A stretch of 64,000 bases of DNA, from the NCBI GenBank assembly GCA_004431415.1, contig QPMI01000532.1, positions 48,208 to 112,207 of the forward strand, in the 5' to 3' direction. A model generated the notes under the pieces. That model saw only the letters and a list, made by a program, of their open reading frames with translations. It had not been told where the DNA came from and did no database searches. Positions 62,349 through 64,000 of this stretch are shown in pieces. Made by a program: the position numbers and the translations under genes. The number at the start of each line of letters is the position of its first letter. Positions within the stretch are counted from its first letter, which is position 1. The DNA is from Cyanophora paradoxa CCMP329. Lineage: Eukaryota; Plantae; Glaucophyta.

Positions 62349-63081
62349 CGACGAGATTAGAGCCGGAGCGCATCGATATATCTCCCTGACCTTCCGCTTT
62401 CACTTTCGTATAGCATTTGATCGTGATTGTGCATATGCATGTTCACGTGACAGAAACTTGAATAAGATTCGTGATCGTGCATACATTGCAACCGAAATAA
62501 GGTTTTTCGAATTGAATCGTTTTTAATTGCATGAATCAATCTAATCTTTCGCAGTCCTCTCCTTTCTGGAGCCAAAGGAGAATTAGGAAGCTGGCATGGG
62601 CAATTTCCATGGCAGATAAAAGAGGAGGGTATCGATTTTGTTATGATGAAAAAGTACTATTACTGGTGGCATGGGCCGGGGTGACTAGCAATAGCCTAGT
62701 TTTAATAAATTTTGCCATGCATGGCGCTCTCCCCTTTTCCGAGGAGAGGATGGGAGCCTCCGAGAAGGACGAGGGGGGTTGTAGAGTACGAGGGGCATGT
62801 ACAGTGAGCACAAGGGGTATAAGCTTAAGGGCAGCTGATGCGAATCGATAATTATAATAATAAAGACATTGAAGCGACGTACATCAAGCTTAAGAACTGC
62901 AGTGGAGCGCTTGCTTGATCACGATGCAAATTGAATTGTTCGAAACGAGCTTCAAAAAACCTCTTGAAAACTAAAGCTACTTGCAATTAATTGCGAGCTA
63001 CTTGCGAGCTTGGAGCAAACTACTAGCTGCAGCTGCCTGATTTTGTAAACCTAACGCCGGCCTAGGCCTGCTTTTCGCTTT

Positions 63082-64000
63082 TCACTGGCTGGATCCCGGA
63101 GTCCGGAGCTTCGGGGCGCCGGACGCGATCAGGCAGCGGCGGGGAGGGGGCCGACGCCGGGCCGCGGGAGCGGCGGAAGACAGTGCGGCTTTGGATCCAA
63201 GGGCGGCCGCGGCTCTAGCGCGGACAGACAGGCGGCATGGCGCCTTGGGCTTGAGCGGCGGGGCCGGAATTGCAGCCTGCGCTGCAGCTGGCCATGCATA
63301 TTGTGCGCCTATAGCTACTCGAGGATGAATACTCCGTCGGAGATTTCCAGGGAGCCCTGCGGCGATCATGAGGGCGCACCCAAAAAATAAGTGACGGGCT
63401 ATCGGCGGCGCCGCGGCGGCCGCGGGGCAGCCTTAAGCTCGCGGCGGGTCCCCCGGCCCCCGGCCCCGCGCACCTGGTTGATGACGAGGCGTGCCTTTGG
63501 CTTCAGGAAGGTGTTTCCCGTCGTGATCCTGCTTACAGGATTACCGAGGCCGCAGTATTAACAATAGTCTCAGTCAAAACGCGGGCCCGGACCTAGTCTA
63601 AATCAGGCCGCAGTCTAAATCAAGACCGCAGTCTAAATCGAATTTATATATAACCTGGGCCGGGATCGCCGGACCTGAAGATGAAGCCGAGGCCGTAGCC
63701 CACCCCCAGGTACAGGTCGCCCGTCACGCTGTCCCACGCCGCCGCGCGCACCTGCGCATGCAGCCCCGCGCCGGTGGTCGAAGGGACAGGGGCGGGGGCA
63801 GGGGCGGGGGCGGGGGCGGGGCCGGGGGCGCACCGCGGCGATGCGGGCGCCCGTGCCGACGCCGTCGTCGTTCTCGGGCACGGCCGTGTTCGTGTTGCCG
63901 CCCGCCACCGTCCGGAGCTCCATCGACTGCCGCGGCAGCTCGCGCTTAGAAGGGGAAGGCTCGTCGACGTCCCGGAGCCCCACCGGTACCCCCCTGCAGA
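63082..64000 (-). CDS. 3' end of an unidentified multi-exon gene
   Basis: Exon-like frames (VRAAAWDSVTGDLYLGVGYGLGFIFRSG; ITTGNTFLKPKARLVINQ) are bounded by GTGCG..CAG introns. The stop position is uncertain and the gene runs off the window. Confidence 0.4.

Overview
Very GC-rich, gene-dense eukaryotic nuclear DNA, split by many short (about 50-90 nt) spliceosomal introns. The supplied ORF track is therefore mostly shadow frames, and the gene models below were spliced by hand. The content points to a flagellated alga: ciliary-type genes (CCDC81-like, BART domain, MORN1) sit beside plastid-type genes (a PPR protein with an MAFV N-terminus, a carotenoid cleavage dioxygenase). A glaucophyte such as Cyanophora is my inference, not a verified assignment. 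Bases 1-47.9 kb hold about 13 tightly packed genes: a coiled-coil/TIR-TIR/4x beta-helix protein, an animal-type glutaminyl cyclase, a hypothetical protein, an RBR E3 ligase, a CHASE membrane sensor with no output domain, a coiled-coil protein, CCDC81-like, PPR, an AT-hook/ARM/KHA protein, MORN1, a BART-UIM-dual-specificity phosphatase fusion, an S6K-like AGC kinase and a CCD. Bases 46.9-60.6 kb are a tandem segmental duplication (CCD 3' end plus the 5' half of a surface-protein gene). Its first copy contains two Tc2/pogo-type MITEs, a low-GC gene with tandem F-type lectin domains and a Helitron-like element; a second Helitron-like copy splits the duplicated CCD fragment. Splice donors follow an unusual G[T/C]VCGC consensus with many GC-AG introns.
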